Part shown: positions 53,152 through 64,000 of the stretch, in pieces
Numbering within the stretch: position 1 is the stretch's first letter
Layout: every line of letters starts with the position of its first letter
DNA from: Octopus sinensis
Lineage: Eukaryota
Reading direction: 5' to 3'
Assembly: GCF_006345805.1 (NCBI RefSeq)
Contig: NC_043007.1
Coordinates: 20,398,001 to 20,462,000, forward strand
DNA length: 64,000 nucleotides
Position numbers and translations under genes: made by a program
Notes under the pieces: generated by a model
Database searches by the model: none
What the model was told of the DNA's origin: nothing
The model's input: only the letters and a program-made list of their open reading frames with translations

Positions 53152-54212
53152 GGGTTAGGGTTAGAGTTTGGATTAGGGGTGGGAGAAAAGGGTTACTTTT
53201 TTCTTCAGAAATGTAAATAAACCCACGTGGGTTTATAATTGGCAGTACTTGTACCGAAAGATCGCCAATAGAAGATTGACCAAATATTTCATTTAAATTT
53301 ATCCGGGAAGTAAAAGTTATATCTCGTTCTTGGATCTGGTTTGCAAGATTCTTTATATGAGTTCGTGTGTTGAAGCTTATTCTGTTGTGTCTGGGGAAAT
53401 ATTTCATTTAAACTTATCCGGGAAGTAAAAGTTATATCTCGTTCTTGGATCTGGTTTGCAAGATTCTTTATATGAGTTCGTGTGTTGAAGCACATTCTGT
53501 TGTATCTGGGGAGAGTTATTTCCTTTTTGTGCCTCTTATAATGTAACACACTCACCGGTAAAATTTCCGTTGCGTTTTGAAACCTTTTCAATAGTCAAGA
53601 CTATTGAAAAAGTTGTAAGACGCAACGAAAATTTTAGGAAAATAAAAATAAGAAATAAGTAGAAATTTTACCGGTGAATGTGTTACATTGTAAGGCACAA
53701 AATGAAAATGACTCTCCCCAGACACAACAAAAGTAATATCGTAAATGTTTATAATTTCCTATTTCTTTTCTACCCACAAGGGGCTAAAAACACAGAGGGG
53801 ACAGTGCGAAACTGGTACTTTATTTATCGACCCCGAAACAATGAAAGGCAAAGTCGACCTCGGCAGAATTTGAACTCAGCGTTAACGACAGACGAAATAC
53901 CGCTAGACATTTCGCCCGGCGTGCTAACGATTCTGCCAGCTCGCCGCCTTCATAAATATTTATAATTTCCATTATTCTTTCTAATTATTCCCGATGTGAA
54001 TGTAACTACAAATGACATTTATAATAATAATAATAATGAAATTATTGTATACAGTGCTCACGTGTACCACAACATTTGTTTACTATTTTCTCCCAAATCG
54101 TAAAATTTCTGTAGACAGGTCAACAATAAAGCCATACCTCTTTCTTAGTGGCTGTTTCATCTATTTGGAGGAGAGAATATAGATCTAATTTCGTAATATC
54201 GGTTGCTGCCAT
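37504..54212 (-). CDS. DNAJC17: DnaJ homolog subfamily C member 17 (J-domain, coiled coil, RRM), 11 exons, 324 aa
   Basis: Exons on - strand (GT-AG, total 975 nt): 54212-54138, 50689-50620, 47074-47016, 46478-46391, 44980-44904, 44193-44076, 43135-43107, 41740-41663, 39565-39485, 38569-38447, 37680-37504. Motifs: DLYSLL..AYRKKALKCHPDKNPDN (HPD), IERLQKEGSKLL, PRLKIKWK..NGGY..FSKYGEV, NPLTLSW, FESLVLRRLRQAEERKRL. AATAAA on - strand near 37326. Confidence 0.95.
37943..38033 (-). ncRNA. Type I minimal hammerhead motif with palindromic stem III, DNAJC17 intron 10, sense
   Basis: AAUUGG CUGAUGA GUACU...(UGUUGUAA uac UUACAACA)...AGUAU GAAA CGAUCG UA CCAAAUU. The stem III palindrome is ACGAUCGU; predicted cut after GUA at 37950/37949. 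Confidence 0.8.
46838..46900 (-). ncRNA. Type I hammerhead ribozyme motif (canonical core) in a Penelope-like repeat, DNAJC17 intron 3, sense
   Basis: - strand reads UUUAUCG CUGAGGA GGGG(aaaauuc uuau gaauuaa)CCCC GAAA UUGG ga CCAA UA CGAUAAA. Stem I is 7 bp, stems II and III are intact, and the predicted cut is after AUA at 46845/46844. Confidence 0.85.
48790..49735. repeat. Fold-back (palindromic) repeat family; other copies at about 24560-24780 and 53285-53735
   Basis: Arms such as CACCGGTAAAATTTCC...AAATTTTCGTTGCGTCTTGCAACCTTTTCAATAG face their reverse complements across a short centre. This copy is interrupted by a SINE at 49241-49640. Confidence 0.8.
51281..51329 (+). ncRNA. Second, identical copy of the G3:C8 variant hammerhead motif
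   Basis: The 49 nt are identical to the reverse complement of 14653-14701. Confidence 0.65.
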
Positions 54213-54407
54213 GGTTCGTAGTAAAAGTGTGTTTGTGTTTCGTTGAAGAAAGACAAATGAATGAAAAACCGAAAATTCCGGGAAAGCAATATGCAAGGGA
54301 GGTAATAACACTTCAGCGATAGTTGCGTAAATTATAATTTAGTTTCATCCAAATTTTCGTCATTAATACATTTAATTTAATTTCATAAATAATAAAATAT
54401 AAATTTT

Positions 54408-54770
54408 ATATTCTCTTCTTGAAATAGATGAAACAGCCACTAAGAAAGAGGTATGGCTTTATTGATAACTTGTCTACAGAAATTGTACGATTTCAGGGAA
54501 AATAGTAAACAAATGTCATTTATATTTGAGGGATCTTTTTTTAAAATTTATATTTTATAATATCGATTACTGCCATGGTTTAATAGCAAAAATGTGTTTG
54601 TGTTTCATTAAAAAAATACGAATGAATGAAAAACCGAAAATTCCGGGAAAGCTACATGAAAGGGAGGTAATAACACTTCAGCGATAGTTGCGTAAATTAT
54701 AATTTAATTTCATTCAAATTTTAGTTACTAATACATTTAATTTAATTTCATAAATAATAAAACGAATTAT
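54408..54770. pseudogene. Rearranged duplicate of DNAJC17 exon 1 and its promoter (one inverted and one direct segment)
   Basis: About 54408-54517 is the reverse complement of about 54072-54180. About 54557-54765 is a direct copy of about 54194-54400. Confidence 0.85.
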
Positions 54771-54870
54771 AAAATATAAATTTAAAAAAAAGAAATCAAA
54801 TCTAAATGGTTTTAAGCGATTTTTCTATGGCAGAGCCTCGTTCTCATACGAAGGTCTCACACGTGCCAAC

Positions 54871-54911
54871 GCCATCTCTTCCTTTTAGTCGTTCGGTTCT
54901 CCTTCGGGCAG
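54871..54911 (+). promoter_or_regulatory. RPL9: RPL9 TCT/5'TOP initiator and non-coding first exon
   Basis: CTCTTCCTTTT (54876-54886) is the typical ribosomal-protein polypyrimidine initiator. It is followed by CAG|GTAAGG donor at 54912; the intron would run to the acceptor at 56264. Confidence 0.8.
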
Positions 54912-55427
54912 GTAAGGTGCCACCATCTCACTCACATTTTCGCTTAAATTCCGTTATTATTCCATATTGTTCCCAATTTTTCTTACTCCGTAATGTTCCT
55001 AACGTATGGTTGATTCCACCAAAGCCGTCTAAGTCGCCACAACACCGCTAAATATTGAATATAACCGTTTTTAAAGTCTAATTTCTCCACGAAACTTCCA
55101 TGTGCGCCATTTTATATTCGCCAAATCAGAAGAAAACAGAATTTAATTACAACTTTTGTTGAAGATATTACTCTATTTTTCTTATTAATTCAGTGATGTG
55201 TATATAGTATGTTAATAATCGGTTTGTGTTTTATGAAATGTGGCTTCAAAATGCGAGTTTTTAAAGCTGTAAGCAGTTAATTAAGCTCGACTTCGTCTGT
55301 TGCTTCCGATCTTATAATCCAATAAACGTGTCGTGCATGACATGACGCTCGTAATCCGTGTAAATCCCAACTGATCCACATGAATTCTCTATGCAATGTA
55401 ATTGTTCCACGCATGTTACCATTTAAC

Positions 55428-55687
55428 GGTATTAACTTGAGAACAGTGGTCCCTGTGCGCGCACTCGCACGTCACCGCTAGCCAGTCGTGACTAATCGAT
55501 CCTACAACGACTACGTTGCAAAGTAAATAAAAACACAAAATATATAATTTTTTTTTTTTTTACACAAAGCAAATAATTTTTTTAAACGAAGTAAATAAAA
55601 CACAAAGTAAGGATCGGTTATAGTCACGACTAGCTAGCGCGAGTACGCTACTGCGCGCACCGGGACCACTGTTCTCAAGTAGTACTC
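55428..55687. mobile_element. Merlin-like MITE in RPL9 intron 1
   Basis: About 75-bp imperfect TIRs (GGTAttaACTTGAGAACAGTGGTCCC...GGGACCACTGTTCTCAAGTAGTAC) and an 8-9 bp target duplication (C)CATTTAAC. Confidence 0.75.
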
Positions 55688-56275
55688 CATTTAACTTCCT
55701 TTGATTGTCAACCTCTTGAATTATTGCAAAACTTAATTTTGATCGATGTTCAGTTTTTACTGTGTGCCTATTTAAACACTCAAATGAGTTGACGGTATAC
55801 TCTTTTACTTGTTTCACTCATTTTCACTGCGGCCATGCTGGAGCACCGCCTTTAGTCGAGTAAATCGTCCCCAGGACTTATTCTTTGTAAGCCTAGAACT
55901 TATACTATCGGTCTCTTTTGCCGAACCGCTAAGTTACGGGGACGTAAACACCATCGGTTGTCAAGCGATGTTGGGGGACAAACACAGACATACAAACATA
56001 TATATATATATACATACGACGGGCTTCTTTCAGTTTCCGTCTACCAAATCCACTCACAAGGCTTTGGTCGGCCCGAGGCTATAGTAGAAGACACTTTGCC
56101 CAAGTTGCCACGCAGTGGGACTGAACCCGGAACCATGTGGTTGGTAAGCAAGCTACTCACCACACAGCCACTAGTTAGATTTTTATTTTAATTAATATAA
56201 ATTAATCGTACGATAAATATATTTTGTGGTTGCTTTTATTGTTTTGTTTTTCATTCTATTTTAGAATAAACAAAA

Positions 56276-56839
56276 ATGAAGACGATTTACGCTGACCAGA
56301 CTGTGAACGTGCCGGATGGAGTGACGGTAAAAGTTAGTTCGAGGCGTGTGACGGTTACTGGTCCTCGCGGGACCCTGTATCGAAACTTCCGACACCTTTT
56401 CATCACAATTACCCTGCCTAGGAAGAACCTCGTCAAAGTCGAAAAATACTTCGGTAAGAGGAAAGAATTGGCCGCCGTGCGCACTGTTTGCACTCATATT
56501 GAGAATATGATCAAGGGTGTTACCAAAGGGTTCCGTTACAAGATGAGGTCTGTTTATGCCCATTTCCCAATCAACGTTGTGGTATTGAATGGCGGCAATG
56601 CCGTTGAAATCAGAAATTTCCTTGGAGAGAAATTTGCCCGACATGTGGAAATGTTACCTGGTGTTATGTTCTCTGTATCGACGGCGCAAAAGGATGAATT
56701 CGTCTTAGAAGGAAATGATATCGAGTTGGTTTCCAGATCAGCTGCCCTCATCCAACAGTCAACATCAGTGAAAGAAAAAGATATAAGAAAGTTCTTGGAT
56801 GGCATTTACGTATCCGAGAAAGGTACTATACAGGAATAA
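56276..56839 (+). CDS. RPL9: 60S ribosomal protein L9 (uL6), 187 aa, single coding exon
   Basis: Uninterrupted ORF with [55 protein letters not shown]. Splice acceptor at 56263-56264 (TTTTAG) just before the ATG; AATAAA signals near 56899 and 56923. Confidence 0.97.
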   Translation: MKTIYADQTVNVPDGVTVKVSSRRVTVTGPRGTLYRNFRHLFITITLPRKNLVKVEKYFGKRKELAAVRTVCTHIENMIKGVTKGFRYKMRSVYAHFPINVVVLNGGNAVEIRNFLGEKFARHVEMLPGVMFSVSTAQKDEFVLEGNDIELVSRSAALIQQSTSVKEKDIRKFLDGIYVSEKGTIQE

Positions 56840-58320
56840 ATAATGTTGGACAGTGTGAACACGAACTTTTACAGAACGTTTCAAACATTGTCTGATGAAA
56901 TAAAGTGGAGTGAACTATCTTTAATAAATGTGCTTTCTTTTCATTCCAATGTGCTGTGATAATATTTCATATTTCTATATGGCATATTTCATAGATAAAT
57001 ACAGATGTTAATTTTTTTTGCCTTTTTATCCATATTGTTGACTTGAAGTTTTCTACCGTCTTCTCAGTTGCATCCACTATTTAGTAATGATTTTGTATAG
57101 CTATTGTTTTGGTTAATTTCAATTGTAAACTCTCTAAACGGCTTTTAACTATGTTTAATCTAAATGCTATTGATATCTTCAGGGTAATGAAATCAGATCT
57201 TAAAAACTCTTTAATGCTAGCAAAATGTCCCTATCGGATACTCTTACTCTTTACTCTTTTACTTGTTTCAGTCATTTGACTGCGGCCATGCTGGAGCACC
57301 GCCTTTTTTAGTCGAGCAAATCGACCCCAGGACTCATTCTTTGTAAGCCCAGTACTTATTCTATCGGTCTCTTTTGCCAAACCGCAAAGTGACGAGGACG
57401 TAAACACACCAGCATCGGTTGTCAAGCAATGCTAGGGGGACAAACACATACACACATATATATATATACATATATACGACAGGCTTCTTTCAGTTTCCGT
57501 CTACCAAATCCACTCACAAGGCATTGGTCGGCCAGGGGCTATAGCAGAAGACACTTGCCCAAGATGCCACGCAGTGGGACTGAACCCGGAACAATGTGAT
57601 TGGTTAGCAAGCTACTTACCACACAGCCACTCGATGGTTTCAAGCTTGTATGTAAGCAATATTGGGCATTCCTTCGATATGATCAAGACATTTCACTAAG
57701 GGTATTTCCGTAGGGTGTGGAGTTTAAATTATGCCAGCAATGTCTCATTTTAAACTTGAAGAAAAAAAGCCTTGCATATTTGTTCTTACCTGTTTCATGT
57801 GTGTATATATGTAAAATCTGCAAATTTCCAAGCAGAATCGAACTGTCATTTCCTTCCACGGATATACGCGAAGTGAAGTGTTTTGATTTTGTCGAGTTAT
57901 ATCGAAAGAATGCGAACTTTTTAGATGGTTTCAAGCTGGTATGTAAACAATATTGGAATGTGTAGTTCTAACTACAAAAGTTAAATAGGATCCCACTTGG
58001 TAAAAATCGGAATCCTTTGCATGTTCTGTTGCTTGTCTTGGAAGTTTTGGCTTACAAGTTATTGATCAACTCAAGATGATTGTGGAAGACACTTGTACAG
58101 TGGAATTGAATAGCTAGCGATTGGCTTTCAGTGATGGATATAAATATTGGTGAGAAAACAGGTGGGTGGGCTTAGCACAGATTCCCTTGCTATTTGAACT
58201 ACATTAGGTTAGCTACTGTTTGAATTGCACTGGACTATGATATATCTTAACCTGATGTTCTCATACTTCTGTTATTAAACTAGAGGTCTGGATTCTACTT
58301 GTGCATGATCTTAAAATTTG

Positions 58321-58550
58321 GGTACTACTAGCGAACAGTGGTCCCGGTACGCGCTAGCTAGTCGTAAGTAGTCGATCCTACAACGGCTTTTTAACCCTAA
58401 CCTTAGTTTGTTTATAAAAATTATTTATTTAATTTTCTTTGATATGTATTCAGCCTTGAAATACAAACATACGTGCAAGTCGTAGGATCAGCTACTTACA
58501 ACTAGCTAGTGCGAGTACATGCACCGAGACCACTATTCGCTAGTAGTGCC
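58321..58550. mobile_element. Merlin-like MITE, related copy downstream of RPL9
   Basis: GGTACTACTAGCGAACAGTGGTCC...GACCACTATTCGCTAGTAGTGCC with an 8-bp target duplication AAAATTTG. Confidence 0.8.
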
Positions 58551-61500
58551 AAAATTTGTATCTTGCATATAACTACCAACATATTTTGCATTCTGTCATG
58601 GGTTGAATGGTTTCTCCAGGATCCAGCAAGTTACAGGTTTGTATAGAGACCGAGTGTCAGCTTAGGCATTGTTTCTAGAGCTGGATACCTTTCCTGACGG
58701 TAAACAAATGACTCTAAGCTTGTTTTTAGGGAAACTATTTTCGTCTTGTGGTCAGTGCAACACTTGACCCTTTCGTTACTATATTTATTTTGAGGTGCTC
58801 TGTGTTTCTTTCAATTAATTCTAAATATAACAAAGAATTTAGTAAAATGACTTAGTTACCATTAAGCTAGTGTTAGGGACATTAATTGTGACTAAGGTTT
58901 GGTGGAAGATTTTAATTCAAAACTTATGAAAGCAAGACGTACTACAGAGCCAGGTTGGTAACTAAAGGGTTAAAGTTGTACTAGAGTAGTTGTTTTGAAC
59001 TGTTGACTAATTAGATGTTTAATGAATATTTCCTGCTTCTGCATAAATGAATTCTTGCACTTTTCCCAACCAAAAAATCACAGATCCTACATGTGAAGTG
59101 ATAATGCACTAAAAAGTTTTTCTTTGCATATGTGATACTAAATTGTCCTGTCTTTTATACCATCTGGTACAATACTTCTAATTTTCCATATCATTTGCCT
59201 TCATGTTTATATTTTACACCAGTTGATCCTATTATCACTTTTATATTCCCTTTAAATACATATAAATATTGGTTAGTTTTGGACAGGCCTTGCCAATTTA
59301 AATTGAGGGCCGCTTGTGTAGTTTATGCACTTAAGATCAAATAATCAAATTACTGAGTCTAGAATTTTTAGTTTGTTTATAATTATAAAGTGGTAGGCTA
59401 TTGTTTTATAGCCACTTTGAGTATACCTTTAGCTTTTGTTTCAGTCAGTGGACAGTGATTATCCTGGGGCACTGTATTGAAGGGTTTTAAAGTCTGGTAC
59501 TTATTCTATGAATTGCATTAAAAAGCACCATCTGAACGTGGCTGATGACAGTGGCACTTAAAAAGCACCATCCAAATCGTGCCAGTGGCACGTAAAATGC
59601 ACCAATCCGATTGTGGCCATTGCCTAGCACGTAAAAAGTACCCACTACACTCACGGAGTGGTTGGTGTTAGGAAGGGCATCCAGCTGTAGAAACACTGCC
59701 AGATCAGACTGGAGCCTGGTGCAGCCTTCTGGCTTCCCAGATCCCTGGTCGAACCGTCCAACCCATGCCAGCATGGAGAACAGACGTTAAACGATGATGA
59801 TGATGAAACTTATGTTATTGGGACGTTAATAAAAGTAAACACGCACATTGAACTTCTGTGTACCAAATTCACTCATAAGGCAGCCTGGAGCTTAAGTTGA
59901 CACTTGCCCAAGGTGCCATGTTGTGAGACTGAACCAATAACCACATGGACGTTAAACGAGGATGATGAATGTCATATGAAATTGTCACCCATAATTATGA
60001 CCCTAGTATCGATCTATTGCATTTCAAATTGTTTTAGAGTTAGGGTTAGGGGAGGGTATCTTTTTTTCTTCAGAAATGTAAATAAACCCAATCTGTTTCT
60101 TAAACGAGGGACATATTCATACAGCACAGAATGTTGTTTACCTCAATGGATGTATTTGATTGGTTAAAATTGCCGAAATGCAAGAAATTAAAGACGAAAT
60201 ATGTTACAAACTATAGAATTTTCTCAATAAAGCCAAGAGAAAAAGATGTTTTATAAACACATTCTACCAGTATACGAAGTTTAAAGTTTTTTAGTTACCT
60301 AGAAATTATGTTACAAACTGCCCTTCAAACCGAAAAGATCCTAAGTACCTGAAAAACAAAGAATTATGAAAGAAGGCAAATATGTACCAGGGGTGGCAGA
60401 AAGAAGAGAGAACTAAACTTGATCATTCTGGAACACCCAGAATAAAAACAATAACAACTGAAAGACTTACCCTCTAGTCATTACTAAATGTCATTGTAGA
60501 TAACTGATGCTTGGTGTATGGTCCAGTAGTTAGGAGTATTTGGCCCACAATCGTAAAGTCAAGAGTACGATTCCCTGCAGCACACTGTATTCTTGAACAA
60601 GGCAATCTACTTCACCTTGCTGCAGTCCATTCAGTTGACAAAAATTGAGTTGTAGTTGTAATACAAAGTGGCCAACCTTGTGACATTGTGTGAAGCTGAA
60701 TCTCCCTGAGAACTACCTTTTATGGTATACATGTCTGTGAAGTACTCAGCCACTTGTGCATTAATTTTACTAGCAGACTGTTCCATTGATCAGATAAACA
60801 GGAACCTTGTCGTAACTGACAGAGTGCCATTTTAATAAAAAGAGGGAAAGGGAAGAAAATGTTCCATAGCGTAAAGCAAAAATGTCATATCTTTAGTACG
60901 AGCAGTGAAAGCTAAGACAAAATAATTGCTATTCCTTTTATTTATTTATTGCCCACAAGGGGCTAAACACAGAGGGGACAGACAAACGGATTAAGTCGAT
61001 TACATCGATCCCAGTGCATAACCGGTACTTAATTTATCGACCCAGAAAGGATGAATGGCAAAGTCAACCTCGACGGAATTTGAACTCAGAACATAACAGC
61101 AGGCGTAATACCACGAAGCATTTTGCCCAGTATGCTAATATTTCTGCCAGCTCGCCGCCTTATTGCTATTGCTATTAATGGAATAATTGTTATTCCATCA
61201 TGTAGTATTAGCCATCGACTCACGCTCAGTTTGATTAACAGCCTTTGCATTGGTATTTATCTGTGGGCTTGGCTTCCAGACCTGTGAGACCCCACATGCT
61301 GCTGTTAGGACCGGATTAACACCCATAGTGATCTTAATGTCTACAAAGATTTTCCTGCCCCTATTCAGGATCTTTTTTCATTTTCTTTCAACCACTTGAA
61401 GGTTTATCTTGCTCCAGTCCACTCAGCTGGCCAAAATGAATTGTAGTTGTAATTCAAATGGGCCAGCCTTGTCATATTCTGTATGAGGCTGAATCTCCCT

Positions 61501-62427
61501 GAGAACTACGTTAATGATATACATAGGCGCAGGAGTGGCTGTGTGGTAAGTAGCTTGTTTACCAACCATATGGTTCCGGGTTCAGTCCTACTGTGTGGCA
61601 CCTTGGGCAAGTGTCTTCTACTATAGCCTCGGGCCGACCAAAGCCTTGTGAGTGTATTTGGTAGACGGAAACTGAAAGAAGCCCATTGTATATATGTATA
61701 TGCGTGTGTGTGTCTGTGTTTGTCCCCCTAGCATTGCTTGACAACCGATGCTGGTGTGTTTATGTCCCCGTAACTTAGCGGTTCGGCAAAAGAGACCGAT
61801 AGAATAAGTACTGGGCTTACAAAAGAATAAGTGCCGGGGTCGAGTTGCTCGATTAAAGGTGGTGCTCCAGCATGGCCGCAGTCAAAATGACTGAAACAAG
61901 AAATAATATGCCTGTGGAGTACTCGGCCACTTGGGAGTTAATTTTATCCTCGTGTGGTAATGAAAAGTGAAAGTGACATCCAATATTTGCTGTAGTTATT
62001 TGTCTTTGATTTAACACTGTGTCTATGCATCGGTGTATCAGTTTTTCCTTTCAATCTCCATATCTACTGTACCTCTCATTTTTTCTCTTTCACTTTCCCT
62101 GTGTCCCTCCTCTCTCCTGCTTTTAGTATAACAATGTGTATATATAACTATGTATCAACTTTTCTTTCAACCTATGTATCTACTTTTCCTGCGACGTGAT
62201 AATCATTTAAATACAGAAAATGAACGCTATTACCACCTACTGTCTGTCTCTCTTACTTCCTCTCTGAAACATTTAAAAGCACCAAATGAATGCTGCCTCT
62301 TTTACTCTCCCTCTTCCTTTCTGTCCTCCTCTCTGATGCTTTGCCATTCACTTCTTCCTTTAAAGTATATGTGACACACACCACAGGTACATACAAACAG
62401 AACAATTTGGCATATTAATATTATTGA

Positions 62428-62856
62428 CTAGCTGGCCACGTGCCTTAAAAAATGACAGCTAATTGTAGTATTTTATATATAAAAAAGGTATATAATAATC
62501 ACACATACAAACATTCACATACTGCTCTTGTACATGCACACAGATACACACATGTACACAGACTTGAAACGCTATTTGATTTTTCTTTTTAGCGTTGAAT
62601 GTTCACTGTCCCACTTCCATTGCAGCCCCCCCCACACACACACACACGCAGACAAACATTCACATAACTTCCTTTTACATACATACACATATACTCACAC
62701 AGAGTTGAAACGCTGTTTGATTTTTTTTCACCACAGATCTTTCATCATCTCACAACCAAGTTTGCCATCACCCCTTCCTTCCTTATTCATCTATCACCCC
62801 TTCCTTTCTCATTCATATGTTGTGACGGAGAAAAACACGAGTATTGTTATAGTAGA
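62428..62856 (-). mobile_element. Possible non-autonomous Helitron with internal (CA)n
   Basis: - strand starts TCTACTATAAC and ends CTAG between A and T; the 3' hairpin is not clear. Confidence 0.4.
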
Positions 62857-63154
62857 TAAGTAGGATTATTATTAATTAGATCTGTTCCTGTACGGCAGAA
62901 AAGAGATCCAATTAGAAATTATTATCATTGCTATTAATTTCATGTTTGAGTTCTGCTAATCATGGACATTGAAGTTGATTTGAATGTGGTTCTGTAAATT
63001 TGTTTGACGATAGGCACAGGAGTGACCATAAGCACAAGTATGGTTGTGTGATAAGAAGTTTGCTTCTGGGCTCAGTCCCACTGCATGACCCCTTGGTGCA
63101 GTGAGACTGGACCCGAAATCACATGGTTACAAAGCAAGCTCCTAAAAAGTACCA

Positions 63155-63620
63155 GAAGGGGGTGTGAATTGGACTTCCTGGAAAGGCCTGAGAGAGGGTG
63201 AGTGGGACTTGCTGGAAAATTCCAAGGAGAGGAGAAAGGACTTCTTTGGAAAAGTCCAGGAGGGGTAGGGGCTTCCTGGAAAAGTCTGAGGAGGGGGTAA
63301 AGACTTCCTGGAAAAGTCCAAGGAGGAGGTGGGCATTTCCTCGAAAAGACTGAAAGGGGTGCACCTCCTAGAAAAGTCTAGGGATGGGACTTCCTGGAAA
63401 AGCCTGCAGAGGGGCTAGGGACTTCCTGGAATAGTCCAAGAAGGGGCTAGGGATTTCCTGGAAGTCTGAGGAGGGAGTGGGTACTTCCTGGAAAAGTCCG
63501 AGTAGAGGTGGAACTTCCTAGAAAAGACCGAGGAGGGGCAGGAAGGACTTCCTGGGAAAGTCCAAGGAGCGGTGGGATTTCCTGGAAAAGCTAGAGGATG
63601 AGGTGGGCCTTCCTGAAAAA
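63155..63620. repeat. About 31-bp minisatellite, about 15 units
   Basis: Consensus close to GGGACTTCCTGGAAAAGTCCGAGGAGGGGT, with an internal GGACTT/AAGTCC inverted repeat. Confidence 0.9.
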
Positions 63621-64000
63621 TGTTTTAAAAAATAACTTACCAGCATTCCCTTCATATACACAGTGATCACATTCAGTTAAAATGGTTTGCTGATGTCCCT
63701 CTTTTTTTCCTTGGTGAGAAGATCGCATTGTTTTACATCATTTTATTCCCTCTGGAATAACACCACTGTTTTCTTTGAATCATATGTCGGAAGTATAAAG
63801 ATTTGAATAACACCTGCGTGTAACTCCACTTCTTTATTTATGTTAATCAAACACATTTCACTAAACCCTGGAATGTCTACCTTTTAAGTAGGCTGTTACA
63901 TCCTTGGTACTTATGCCAATTTTTTGCTACCCTGGCAAATATTTATTTATTTTTTTCCGTGTTATTTGTACACATTGACAAAAATACACATACATTTATA

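Noticed and set aside
54912-56264. Intronic snoRNA in the RPL9 intron
   Set aside because: No convincing C (RUGAUGA) and D (CUGA) box pair with a terminal stem, nor an H/ACA fold, could be identified by eye; snoscan/snoGPS would be needed.
55428-58550. Composite transposon that carried RPL9
   Set aside because: Each MITE has its own different target duplication, so they inserted independently; the TOP exon also lies outside the pair.
2339-61744. Recurrent ORFs such as ...[29 protein letters not shown]..., ...[13 protein letters not shown]... and ...FTCHRH...
   Set aside because: They are chance translations of SINE A and the RTE 3' UTR; they appear in several frames and on both strands and include microsatellite runs.
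63155-63620. CRISPR-like regularly spaced palindromic repeat
   Set aside because: Eukaryotic context, spacers are not unique and there are no cas genes; it is a minisatellite.

Overview
Eukaryotic, AT-rich, very repeat-dense DNA. The SINE/LINE landscape suggests an octopus (coleoid cephalopod); this is inference, not a database result. Three genes can be assembled by hand with consistent GT-AG sites and exon phases. (1) An 11-exon 4-coumarate:CoA ligase/firefly-luciferase-like ANL-superfamily gene (+, 16823-35321, 549 aa) has an intact ORF, but its P-loop, A8 Arg and catalytic A10 Lys are substituted, so it is a candidate pseudoenzyme. (2) An 11-exon DNAJC17 (-, 54212-37504, 324 aa). (3) RPL9 (+, 56276-56839) has an intronless CDS and a 5'TOP non-coding first exon and lies head-to-head with DNAJC17. 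The rest is tRNA-derived SINEs, RTE-LINE 3' ends, mariner/Tigger relics, piggyBac-, Merlin- and Helitron-like non-autonomous elements and microsatellites; most ORFs in the supplied track are artefacts of these. The most striking hidden signal is a set of type I hammerhead-ribozyme motifs in short Penelope-like repeats, mostly flanked by (TA)n, from about five unrelated families. Three canonical ones lie in sense orientation inside introns. One family has the compensatory G3:C8 core swap (GUGAACA), and a fold-back family may carry a U3:A8 core.
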